Both the position numbers and the translations under genes were made by a program. Of a stretch of DNA of 64,000 nucleotides, positions 38,170-46,532 are shown piece by piece (within the stretch, counting starts at the first letter, position 1; every line of letters starts with the position of its first letter). The stretch is from an uncultured Gammaproteobacteria bacterium (GTDB lineage: Bacteria > Patescibacteriota > Microgenomatia > CAZETR01 > Amesbacteraceae): NCBI GenBank assembly GCA_964356225.1, contig CAYHGA010000002.1, forward strand, positions 14,894 to 78,893, given 5' to 3'. The notes under the pieces are model-generated. The model did not search any database, was not told the origin of the DNA, and saw only the letters and a program-made list of their open reading frames with translations.

Positions 38170-39114
38170 ATGTCCGTTTGTATTGTTTGTGGAGAAAAAA
38201 GATTTTCCTTCCTTTTTAGGACAAAAGACAGAATGTTTGATATTTCGGGGTCATTTGGTGTCAGAAAATGTCGCCGGTGTGGTCTAGTTTTTTTAGATCC
38301 TCAACCATCACAAAAAATATTAGAAAAACACTATCCTCGTCAACAATATTATTCATACAAAGGAAGTATTAAAGGATTGAGTGGCCTGATAAGACGTTTT
38401 CGTTCATATCTTATTAAAAACTATTACGAACCAACGATTTTAAGTGGCACGTTTTCACTTCTTATTCATGATGTTCCCGGAATACCCAAAAAACCTGATA
38501 AAAAGCCGTGGAAAGTCCTTGATGTGGGTTGCGGATCCGGTGATACATTGATGGCTTTGAAAGAATTAGGATGGGATGTGTACGGACTCGAAATAGACAG
38601 AAATGCAATCAGACTTGCGAAGGAGAGAGGGCTTGTGAATATTAAATTGGGTGGGTATGAAAAAATAGAAAATTTTCCCAATAATTACTTTAACTGCATT
38701 AGGTTATATCATGTGATCGAACATCTACCCAATCCATATCGTTGTCTGCAGCTTATTTACAAAAAACTAAAACCAGGAGGAGAAGTTGTATTAGGAACAC
38801 CAAACGCTGGAAGCATGGTGAGTAAAATCTTTGGCAAATACTGGTATAACCTTGATATACCAAGACATCTTTTTGTTTTTTCTCCTAAAACACTTTCGAG
38901 TCTTATTAAAAAGGCAGGTTTCTCTCAAGTTTCAGCCTCTTTTTGTTCTGGCGACGGTTTAGGTAGAAGTGTTATTTATACAATAAATGAGCTCTTTAAG
39001 AAAAAGATGAATACTAACAAATTTACTTTGCTTTTTTTCATTCTCTATCCAATAGAGTGGATTTTGGATAAATTAAGAGTTGGGGACATTGTGATTCTAC
39101 GGGGAATACGATAA
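38170..39114 (+). CDS. Class I SAM-dependent methyltransferase with an N-terminal Cys4 zinc-ribbon
   Basis: 314 aa. CIVCGEK...CRRCGLVF, then VLDVGCGSGDTLMALKELG (motif I) and KPGGEVVLGTP. Confidence 0.7.
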   Translation: MSVCIVCGEKRFSFLFRTKDRMFDISGSFGVRKCRRCGLVFLDPQPSQKILEKHYPRQQYYSYKGSIKGLSGLIRRFRSYLIKNYYEPTILSGTFSLLIHDVPGIPKKPDKKPWKVLDVGCGSGDTLMALKELGWDVYGLEIDRNAIRLAKERGLVNIKLGGYEKIENFPNNYFNCIRLYHVIEHLPNPYRCLQLIYKKLKPGGEVVLGTPNAGSMVSKIFGKYWYNLDIPRHLFVFSPKTLSSLIKKAGFSQVSASFCSGDGLGRSVIYTINELFKKKMNTNKFTLLFFILYPIEWILDKLRVGDIVILRGIR

Positions 39115-39127
39115 AATAATAGCACAA

Positions 39128-39805
39128 TTGCAAAAAATGAAAAAGTTTTTGAGTGTACTAAAAAAAACTTTTCCGCGTTTTGTCCTAGCCACTTTTGTTG
39201 TGGAGGTTGAAAAACACTTAAAAGGTTGCCAGTCGATCTTGGACGTTGGATGTGGCAATAATTCCCCTATTAGTTTTTTAGAAGAAAAATATACTACTGT
39301 TGGTGTGGATGCATATAAACCTGCAATTGAAGATAGCAAAAAAAGAAAAATACATGATGCTTATATACTTGGAGACATAAAAAAGTTGAACTCATTGGTG
39401 AAAAAAAAATCATTTGATGCCGTGCTAGCACTAGACGTGATAGAACATCTAAAAAAAGATGATGGATATAAACTGCTTGATAGTATGGAGAAAGCCGCAC
39501 GAAAAAAAGTAATTTTGGTCACACCTAATGGTTTTATTCCTCAGTTTGATAAAGACAACAAACTCCAGGCACACCTTTCAGGATGGACTGTTGAAGATTT
39601 TAAAAAAAGAGGATACCATGTAGAGGGTATATATGGCACCAAACTTTGCAATATATTGAGGACTGATGAAGCTGAACTAAGGTGGAAACCTAAATTTTTC
39701 TGGGCATTAGTTTGGGGAGTGTTGGTAGAAATAACTCACCATTTGTATACCAAGAAGAACCCGAAATACTCTATTGGTTTACTTGCAGTTAAAAAAATTA
39801 AGTGA
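39128..39805 (+). CDS. Class I SAM-dependent methyltransferase
   Basis: 225 aa. ILDVGCGNNSPISFL (motif I) ... AVLALDVIEHL (motif II/III). Confidence 0.65.
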   Translation: MQKMKKFLSVLKKTFPRFVLATFVVEVEKHLKGCQSILDVGCGNNSPISFLEEKYTTVGVDAYKPAIEDSKKRKIHDAYILGDIKKLNSLVKKKSFDAVLALDVIEHLKKDDGYKLLDSMEKAARKKVILVTPNGFIPQFDKDNKLQAHLSGWTVEDFKKRGYHVEGIYGTKLCNILRTDEAELRWKPKFFWALVWGVLVEITHHLYTKKNPKYSIGLLAVKKIK

Positions 39806-39807
39806 TC

Positions 39808-40827
39808 TCATTTTTTTAAATTTTCCCTCACTAGTGATAAATGATGTAAATAAAAAGATAAAGGAGGGTTTTTCATTACCCGTTTAAAAATCTCGTTGTC
39901 ATCTAGTTTGCGTCTTTTTTGAATAAAACTTCGTTTTTCTAATGTATCATTTATATTTAATATATTCCACCATATTGCCTTAAGTATCGCTACCGACCCA
40001 TCAGTCTGTCCTGATAAGAAAAAATAAGTTGACAACACTACACAAATTACAATATGAATAGGAAACATCCAAAGCAATGTTGTTAAAGATGTGTTCTTGA
40101 TAATTGTTCTTATTCTGTTTTTAAATGAATGGTAATGGATGAAAGCACTTCTCATGGTTGTGCTTGTTGCTCCCATTTTGTGATATATTATTGATTCAGG
40201 TTCGAAGGCAACGTGATACCCCGTGACCCAAGCACGCCAACACAAATCCGATTCCTCAAAATAACACCAATATTTCTCATCAAAAGCACCTAACTCTAAA
40301 ACCGCTTTCTTAACCATCATACATGCTCCTTTGGCCGCAAATGTTTCTCTAAATTTCTTATATTCAGTTTTATCAGTATCCAAATATCCTATATGAAATA
40401 AGAAACCCATATTCGTCAAATAAGAAACTACATTATCAAGTTGTTCTGGATTGTCCATAATAAATATCTTACTTTGAACTATCCCCAAACTGGGGTCTTT
40501 TTCAAGATCAACTACTAGAGGTTCAATAAAACCAGGAGTTACTAAAGTATCATTGTTCAAAATCAACAAATATTTTCCTTTTGCATGTCTGATCCCAGCA
40601 TTGTTGCCACCAACATAACCAGAATTGTTATTGTTTAAAACTTGTCTGACTTTGGGAAACATCTTTTTAATTACCTCTACGGATTCGTCTTGAGAATTGT
40701 TATCGACAACAATTACCTCATAATTAGGGTAAGTTATTTTCTTCAGCGACTTCAAACAATTTAAAGTAAACTGCTTCTGGTTAAAATTTACAATAATTAT
40801 CGAAACTTTTGGATAAATCATTTCCAA
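39808..40827 (-). CDS. Glycosyltransferase family 2 with C-terminal transmembrane helices
   Basis: 339 aa. VSIIIVNFNQKQFTLNCLKSL...YEVIVVDNNSQDES; hydrophobic C-terminus. Confidence 0.75.
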   Translation of the reverse strand: MEMIYPKVSIIIVNFNQKQFTLNCLKSLKKITYPNYEVIVVDNNSQDESVEVIKKMFPKVRQVLNNNNSGYVGGNNAGIRHAKGKYLLILNNDTLVTPGFIEPLVVDLEKDPSLGIVQSKIFIMDNPEQLDNVVSYLTNMGFLFHIGYLDTDKTEYKKFRETFAAKGACMMVKKAVLELGAFDEKYWCYFEESDLCWRAWVTGYHVAFEPESIIYHKMGATSTTMRSAFIHYHSFKNRIRTIIKNTSLTTLLWMFPIHIVICVVLSTYFFLSGQTDGSVAILKAIWWNILNINDTLEKRSFIQKRRKLDDNEIFKRVMKNPPLSFYLHHLSLVRENLKK

Positions 40828-42554
40828 ATACCGATTTTAATGTCTTCCTTAACAGATAAAAACTTTGTGGAAAACATTCCCGAAAGCCCGGCCAGCGTTT
40901 CCAAAGATTTAACCAAGAAAACACCAATTGTTAAAATAGGGTGAGATAGAAGTTTTCTCCAATTTCTAAAAAATGCAGGTCTAAAAATAATATTTCCGTA
41001 CTTTAATGCGAATGCCGGATTTGCCAACATGAGTATACTTGCTGTTCTTCCGTAAAAAAACTTCTTTTTCATGGAGTTGAATATACTAAAATTTCCTTCA
41101 TTATGATAGATTGGTCCACTTATTCTTCCAATCCTAAAGCCCGACCTCCTTACTCTCAAATCTAAGTCTTTATCTTCAGATAAAACCATTTTTTCGTTAT
41201 GACCCCCGACTAATTTGTAAACGGATGTCTTGAAAAAACGGGCAGATTCTATGGTATCATCTCCAACATACATACTTCTCTCGAATATTTTCACTTTTGC
41301 CCAAAAGCCCCTTCCGTATGAAATTTCAGGAATAACGAGAGCGTCATAATTTTTTATCTTTTTTATGCACTGCTCTAGTACTGAAGAAGCAAGTTTCATG
41401 TCAGCGTCCAAATGCAGTAGATACTCACCCCTGGCTAATTCAGACGCGGATTTTCTTCCTTGGGCCATACTAATATTTTTTTGTAGATGTCTTATCTTAA
41501 TTTTTTTGCTAAATCGTTTTAAAAGATATTTTGTGTCGTCCATTGTTTTTACGTCATCATTAATAATGACTTCAAATTTTTTATTTGTTTGTTTCACAAG
41601 CGAAGGAAGCAAATTTTTCAGATGTTCACCTGCATTTAAAGTGGGGACAATGATCGAGATCAAACCTTCTTCTGTCTTACTTTTTTTCATCGGTTCATAA
41701 TTTTTAAGATTTTCCAGTGTCTTGTCTGTAAATATCACTTGAATTGTATTTATAAAACCCCAAAGAGCGGCAAATGTTTCTAGTGTTTTCATCAAAAACA
41801 TTCCTAGCGATAAAGTAGGGTTTGCCAGTATTTTCTTCCAATGCCTAAAATACGCGGTTCTGAAAATTAAGTTGGCTTGATTGAGAGCCTGTTTGGGGTT
41901 TTCTGCTATATAAACGTGTGCTGTTTTACCGTAGAAAAACTTTTTCTGTAAATTTTTTTTAAGACTCAAATTGCCTTCATTGTGATAAATGGGGGCGTTA
42001 ATTCTTCCTATTTTAAAGCCGGCTTTTCGGATTCTTAAGTCTAAATCTTTATCCTCTGATAACACCATTTTTTCATTATGGCCTCCAATTTTGTTGTAGA
42101 CATCCGTCTTGACAAATCGAGCAGATTCTATAGTTTCGTCACCGATATACATGCTTCTTTCAAACGTTTTTACCTTAGCCCAATATCCTTCCCCATATGA
42201 AATTTCAGGAATAATTAAAGCGTCGTACCCTTTGTTAACCTCTTTGATACATGACTCTAACACCTTTGATGATAAAGACATGTCTGCGTCAAGATGTAAA
42301 AGATATTCTCCCGAAGCTTGCTTAGCTCCTCTTTTCCTCCCTTGAGCCATACTAATGTTCTCCCGTAAATATTTTACTTTAAGCTTTTTGCTAAATTTCC
42401 TTAGCACCACTTTTGTATTATCCGTGGTCATTTTGTCATCATTAATAATCACTTCAAAATTTTTGTACGTTTGATTAACTAGAGATGGCAAAAGATCGTT
42501 TAAATAGCCCGCGGCATTTTTTGTAGGAATTATAATTGAGATTAATTTATTCAT
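40818..42554 (-). CDS. Tandem-duplicated two-domain GT2 glycosyltransferase
   Basis: 578 aa. Residues 1-290 and 291-578 are collinear paralogous GT2 modules about 70% identical, for example ISIIIPTKNAAGYLNDLLPSLVNQT versus ISIIVPTLNAGEHLKNLLPSLVKQT. Each half ends in a hydrophobic segment. Confidence 0.75.
   Translation of the reverse strand: MNKLISIIIPTKNAAGYLNDLLPSLVNQTYKNFEVIINDDKMTTDNTKVVLRKFSKKLKVKYLRENISMAQGRKRGAKQASGEYLLHLDADMSLSSKVLESCIKEVNKGYDALIIPEISYGEGYWAKVKTFERSMYIGDETIESARFVKTDVYNKIGGHNEKMVLSEDKDLDLRIRKAGFKIGRINAPIYHNEGNLSLKKNLQKKFFYGKTAHVYIAENPKQALNQANLIFRTAYFRHWKKILANPTLSLGMFLMKTLETFAALWGFINTIQVIFTDKTLENLKNYEPMKKSKTEEGLISIIVPTLNAGEHLKNLLPSLVKQTNKKFEVIINDDVKTMDDTKYLLKRFSKKIKIRHLQKNISMAQGRKSASELARGEYLLHLDADMKLASSVLEQCIKKIKNYDALVIPEISYGRGFWAKVKIFERSMYVGDDTIESARFFKTSVYKLVGGHNEKMVLSEDKDLDLRVRRSGFRIGRISGPIYHNEGNFSIFNSMKKKFFYGRTASILMLANPAFALKYGNIIFRPAFFRNWRKLLSHPILTIGVFLVKSLETLAGLSGMFSTKFLSVKEDIKIGIWK
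40818..42554. repeat. Intragenic tandem direct repeat, two units of about 870 bp each (about 75-80% nucleotide identity)
   Basis: The duplication is seen both in the protein and in DNA. Compare 41170-41350 with 42040-42220. Confidence 0.7.
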
Positions 42555-42870
42555 TTGGGGGTTTAGTCGCTACTTTTAACAGTCTTAAAAAAGAATAAAA
42601 GACAAATGTGTAAATCATGAATCCGGTTTGTATTCCAAACAGGCTTAGTGGCAGAAGAAATAGAATGCTAAAAATGACTAAAGTTTCCGGGACTTTATAC
42701 ATCGTTACTATTGCCAATGAAAATAAGAGCAACTTAAGCTCCAGGCTTTGTTCTAAAATATAAACTTCGGCTCCGGTCTTTATAAGCTCAGAAAAAATAA
42801 TATAGAAAATCAAAAGTAACATAATTTTTGGCTTTTCCAGATGTATATGCGTAATTATATTAATTTTCAT
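42547..42870 (-). CDS. Small polytopic membrane protein, possible GtrA-like lipid-linked sugar translocase
   Basis: 107 aa with 3-4 predicted transmembrane helices. It lies between a GT2 and a giant GT-C gene with 4-8 nt overlaps. Assignment rests on size, topology and context only. Confidence 0.35.
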   Translation of the reverse strand: MKINIITHIHLEKPKIMLLLIFYIIFSELIKTGAEVYILEQSLELKLLLFSLAIVTMYKVPETLVIFSILFLLPLSLFGIQTGFMIYTFVFYSFLRLLKVATKPPNE

Positions 42871-45800
42871 TTTTTTGAATAAAATAATACTAAATATATT
42901 AACCCCAAACTAAACAACGATATTATACTAACTAAAGAAGTTTTATAGAGAATATTTTGGGGCCGATACTCGATAAGAAATGCCAATTCCTTTTCACTAC
43001 CACTGTCTATTAACCAACCGTTGCCATAAGCATTTAACTTAATATCCGGACTTTTAGCCCCCTCTCCCTTAAACACCAAATCTGATAATAAATGCCTGTC
43101 CTGTCTTTCATATTCGACCACTTTTCCGCCCAAGTATTTTTTCTCTCTGCCTTTAAAATAGGAGTTGGCAAGACTTGTTTCTACTTCCCGCACACTCCAC
43201 TGTTGATCAAACCTAGAATTAAAACCTAAAATAAACGAGTCGCTGATACCGGACACTTTGACAAGATAAGCGGTCTGATTAAGCGCTACAAATTGTAAGT
43301 TGTAGTTTTCTGGCGGAATTAATGGATTTTCTTTTGTTACAAAAGCCAAATAATCGGAATAATTTTCAGTGACTTTTATACCTTTTAATTCAAAGGCAGC
43401 AGGAAAGTCATAAGTACCCTCTACACATATTCTTAAGAGGGCCGTTTCTGCATAAATACTTGGTTTATATTTAATATTTAACCTATAGGAAAATGGGGCA
43501 GAAGAATTTTTATCCGTCTGGGGATAAATAGTTTTTTTATTGCCTTTGGGAAATTGTTGATTTGTCTCCAGAAGTTCAATATCCACTAATCTATCGGAAA
43601 GTGTCAAATATTCCAAGTTGAGATTATAGTCTATTTCAGGATCTACCTCACCAAGATTTATTGATTTGCATTCAGAAGATCTAGCGGTTGCGTTGATTTT
43701 GAAACCGGGATAGGATTTCTCTTTGCGAATTAATTCTGGCAAAACTATTGATTGTCCGCCCTGGTCAAGTCTAATTGATTCTCCAAAATACCATTTATTA
43801 CTTGAGGACGACTTTGCAAGGATGTGAGGGGTATTGTTTACGAATCCAGAAAGAGCTTGTCTATCATTGGGCTTGTAATTATAAACAGCCAGTTTGTAGT
43901 TGCCTGCGTATGGTACGTTTATAGTATATTGTTTTGTGCGTACATCGTAATTAGAAATAGGAACCTCGGGAGAAATGTCCAATTCCTGAACGCTCATGGT
44001 TAACATGTCCTCAAATTTGCCTAGTTGTGCCCGAGTTGATTCTGTAAGTCCAGTCTCCCTCCACTTTTGGATACTGACCAAAAAATTCCAGTAGTAAAAA
44101 TATATTCTGCGAGCGTATTCGTCTTTTTGACTTTGTTGGTCAATATCCTTGAAGAACTGATCAACTAGATAGATATTGTTACTCCACTTTCGAAAAAGAT
44201 ACGAAATCGTATTACTATTTTTGGGATTTATTATTATTCTGTCCATGGCTGATATCTCCTTACTCATTGTTCCCATAGTAAAGTCTATTTTTTCTGTTGG
44301 CAGTTCATACTTTTCACTTTTTTGTTGGTCTATAAATTCAATAAGAAAATAAAATGGATTGCTTGGAAAGATCGGAGGAGGGTTTGATCTCACGACGTCT
44401 ATGTATTTTTTTTCTTGACAATTTAAACACTGTGCTTGAATTGTAATGTTTTGAATATCCTTCTGGTATATGATAGGGTCTATATTGCTTCCCTCGCTAA
44501 TGTGCTTGAATATAAACGCGTCTGCCAAAGAAGGCATCCCTGGCGTTTGACTGATTCGAGAAAGTTGTGAAGTTTCTGCCAAAATATATGAAAAATTTTG
44601 TGGGATATAAATGAGAGGTTTTGTCTCGGGGTCGTTAATAGTAAAAAACTTCCACTTACCAACTTCTTTATATAAAGATGAATTAGGCGCGCGGTAGAGT
44701 GCCTTTTTGATTGAACCCGTAAGATAGTCCATGTCCTCGTCAACTTTAAAATCTTCTTGCACGATAGCTCTATCTACTCCCACGTATTTCAGAAGCGATG
44801 ACTGAGAAGATTTTTCAAGTTGTTGATAAATTGCATTAACTAACCCGGGCTCGTCCCCACTCAAGACGGCGTCATTAAGTAGAACCGGTTTTCTGCTCAA
44901 TATGCTGGGTATACTCGATAGGCTGAAGTATTTCCAATCATAAGCAATATATTTATTGCCGTCGTGAAGTTGGGGTAGCATGAGTGTTCTGGCGGAAAAA
45001 CTATTACTATCAAGCTCCTTCTTTGCCTCTAGGATATAGTCTGGAACTTTAACTCTGGTGGAGTATTTATTAGACCAATTGAAAAACACTCCTGTAAAAA
45101 CCGGGTAGTTATATATGCCCAATAAGACGACAAAGGCAGTGAGGCTAAAAAAAGGCGCTCTCTTTACGGTCAGCTGTTTTAAACCGACCGCTACTAGATA
45201 AGAATAAGCAAACCAAAGGGCCATACCAAATTTATAAAAGGGGGTTCGGAAAATCGGAAAACCGGGGATATATTTTAAGGCCAGGTCATATAAGACACCT
45301 GTTGGAGGGTGGGAACCTGCCGTAAAAGGTATTGCTACCAGCAAAATCGCCAGAAATACGACTTTGTAAACTATGTCAGAGTTGGCTTGACCCTTTTTGT
45401 TAAGCAAGCTGAAAAAGGCTATGGCAGGAAAAACGCTGGCAAGCAGTAAAAAGAAATAATTTGTTAGAAGTGTATTGGCATACGGATGGTTGGGATTATC
45501 ATACCAATCGGGTATGCCTTGGAGTTTAATAAGGTTGGTGAAACTGGCATTTTTACTTATCTCGCGACTCCAGGCGATTGCTCCTTCGCTACCACCTGCG
45601 GCACCGATTCTATGTGTATAGTTATATTGATATGAAGCTATGTAGGGATATATCCAGTAGAAGTTGAGTAGGAGGACAAAAATTAAAGATAAAAGAGAGA
45701 AACTTAAAGTTCTTTTGAATTTATCTACAAATGGTTGTGAAGAAATTAGAAAAGTTATTATCGTTGTAGTTAGAGCAACAATGAATAACCCTCCCCATAA

Positions 45801-46391
45801 CGGAATCCCGGCTCCACCGTTTAGGAAAAAAAGTGTTACTCCTACCAGGATGGCATTTTTAAAAACTGACCCTTCTCTTAAATTAACATTGATTATTGCG
45901 AGAGTTATCAAAGGAAGCGCTGAGACAATAGAAAACTTGGACATCTCGGCAATAATCCAGGCCTGGAGAAGATAATGGTTCAGCATGTAAAACAAAGATC
46001 CGGAAATTCTTAAGACGGAATTTTCTTTTTCTGGGTGAAGCGATTTTAAAAGAACGTACATAGTTATCCCGGGAAGGGTAAACCAGAAAATGAAGTCAAA
46101 CTTTTGAGCAAGCTGTAATGAGCCTGTTAGCGCGTAAAAAAACGCCTGTAGGCCGTGTATAAAAATACCGGGGATGGCATCGGTTTGATTAGAACCAAAA
46201 CTGCCAACTCTATCAGTCCAAACAAATAACCTGTCTAACCAAAAGTCTATTGGGGCTAAAGGATAACTCATATCGTGGCCAGCGGCTAAATAACCACCCT
46301 TAAACCACAAAAGCGGTACTAACCCTACTAGGAGAAGGAATATTATTTCCAACCAATACCGATTAAATTTAGGTAGTTTCAACGGTCCCAT
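42867..46391 (-). CDS. Giant polytopic membrane protein, putative GT-C glycosyltransferase (AftD/YfhO-like)
   Basis: 1174 aa. About 13 N-terminal transmembrane helices, first loop GHDMSYPLAP...WTDRVGSFGSNQ, a soluble domain of about 650 aa, and one C-terminal helix. It is a paralog of the 1031-aa neighbour. Confidence 0.5.
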   Translation of the reverse strand: MGPLKLPKFNRYWLEIIFLLLVGLVPLLWFKGGYLAAGHDMSYPLAPIDFWLDRLFVWTDRVGSFGSNQTDAIPGIFIHGLQAFFYALTGSLQLAQKFDFIFWFTLPGITMYVLLKSLHPEKENSVLRISGSLFYMLNHYLLQAWIIAEMSKFSIVSALPLITLAIINVNLREGSVFKNAILVGVTLFFLNGGAGIPLWGGLFIVALTTTIITFLISSQPFVDKFKRTLSFSLLSLIFVLLLNFYWIYPYIASYQYNYTHRIGAAGGSEGAIAWSREISKNASFTNLIKLQGIPDWYDNPNHPYANTLLTNYFFLLLASVFPAIAFFSLLNKKGQANSDIVYKVVFLAILLVAIPFTAGSHPPTGVLYDLALKYIPGFPIFRTPFYKFGMALWFAYSYLVAVGLKQLTVKRAPFFSLTAFVVLLGIYNYPVFTGVFFNWSNKYSTRVKVPDYILEAKKELDSNSFSARTLMLPQLHDGNKYIAYDWKYFSLSSIPSILSRKPVLLNDAVLSGDEPGLVNAIYQQLEKSSQSSLLKYVGVDRAIVQEDFKVDEDMDYLTGSIKKALYRAPNSSLYKEVGKWKFFTINDPETKPLIYIPQNFSYILAETSQLSRISQTPGMPSLADAFIFKHISEGSNIDPIIYQKDIQNITIQAQCLNCQEKKYIDVVRSNPPPIFPSNPFYFLIEFIDQQKSEKYELPTEKIDFTMGTMSKEISAMDRIIINPKNSNTISYLFRKWSNNIYLVDQFFKDIDQQSQKDEYARRIYFYYWNFLVSIQKWRETGLTESTRAQLGKFEDMLTMSVQELDISPEVPISNYDVRTKQYTINVPYAGNYKLAVYNYKPNDRQALSGFVNNTPHILAKSSSSNKWYFGESIRLDQGGQSIVLPELIRKEKSYPGFKINATARSSECKSINLGEVDPEIDYNLNLEYLTLSDRLVDIELLETNQQFPKGNKKTIYPQTDKNSSAPFSYRLNIKYKPSIYAETALLRICVEGTYDFPAAFELKGIKVTENYSDYLAFVTKENPLIPPENYNLQFVALNQTAYLVKVSGISDSFILGFNSRFDQQWSVREVETSLANSYFKGREKKYLGGKVVEYERQDRHLLSDLVFKGEGAKSPDIKLNAYGNGWLIDSGSEKELAFLIEYRPQNILYKTSLVSIISLFSLGLIYLVLFYSKK

Positions 46392-46395
46392 TTTA

Positions 46396-46530
46396 TCATC
46401 TACTTCTTTCTTTTAGTGAGCTGATTAATATGAGGAATAGAAAACTGTAAACTAAAACCCCAGTTATTTCCCCCAGTTTGTCAAAAAGCAGGAGTAAAAT
46501 AGATGTAAGGATTAAAAATTTACTTGCCAT
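46396..46530 (-). CDS. Small two-helix membrane ORF (44 aa) coupled to the 1174-aa gene. It is not in the ORF track.
   Basis: Manual translation gives MASKFLILTSILLLLFDKLGEITGVLVYSFLFLILISSLKERSR. It starts 2 nt after the stop of the 1031-aa gene and ends 5 nt before the ATG of the 1174-aa gene. It has the same M-x-S-K N-terminus and two-helix layout as the ORF at 35226-35381. Confidence 0.4.
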   Translation of the reverse strand: MASKFLILTSILLLLFDKLGEITGVLVYSFLFLILISSLKERSR

Positions 46531-46532
46531 AT

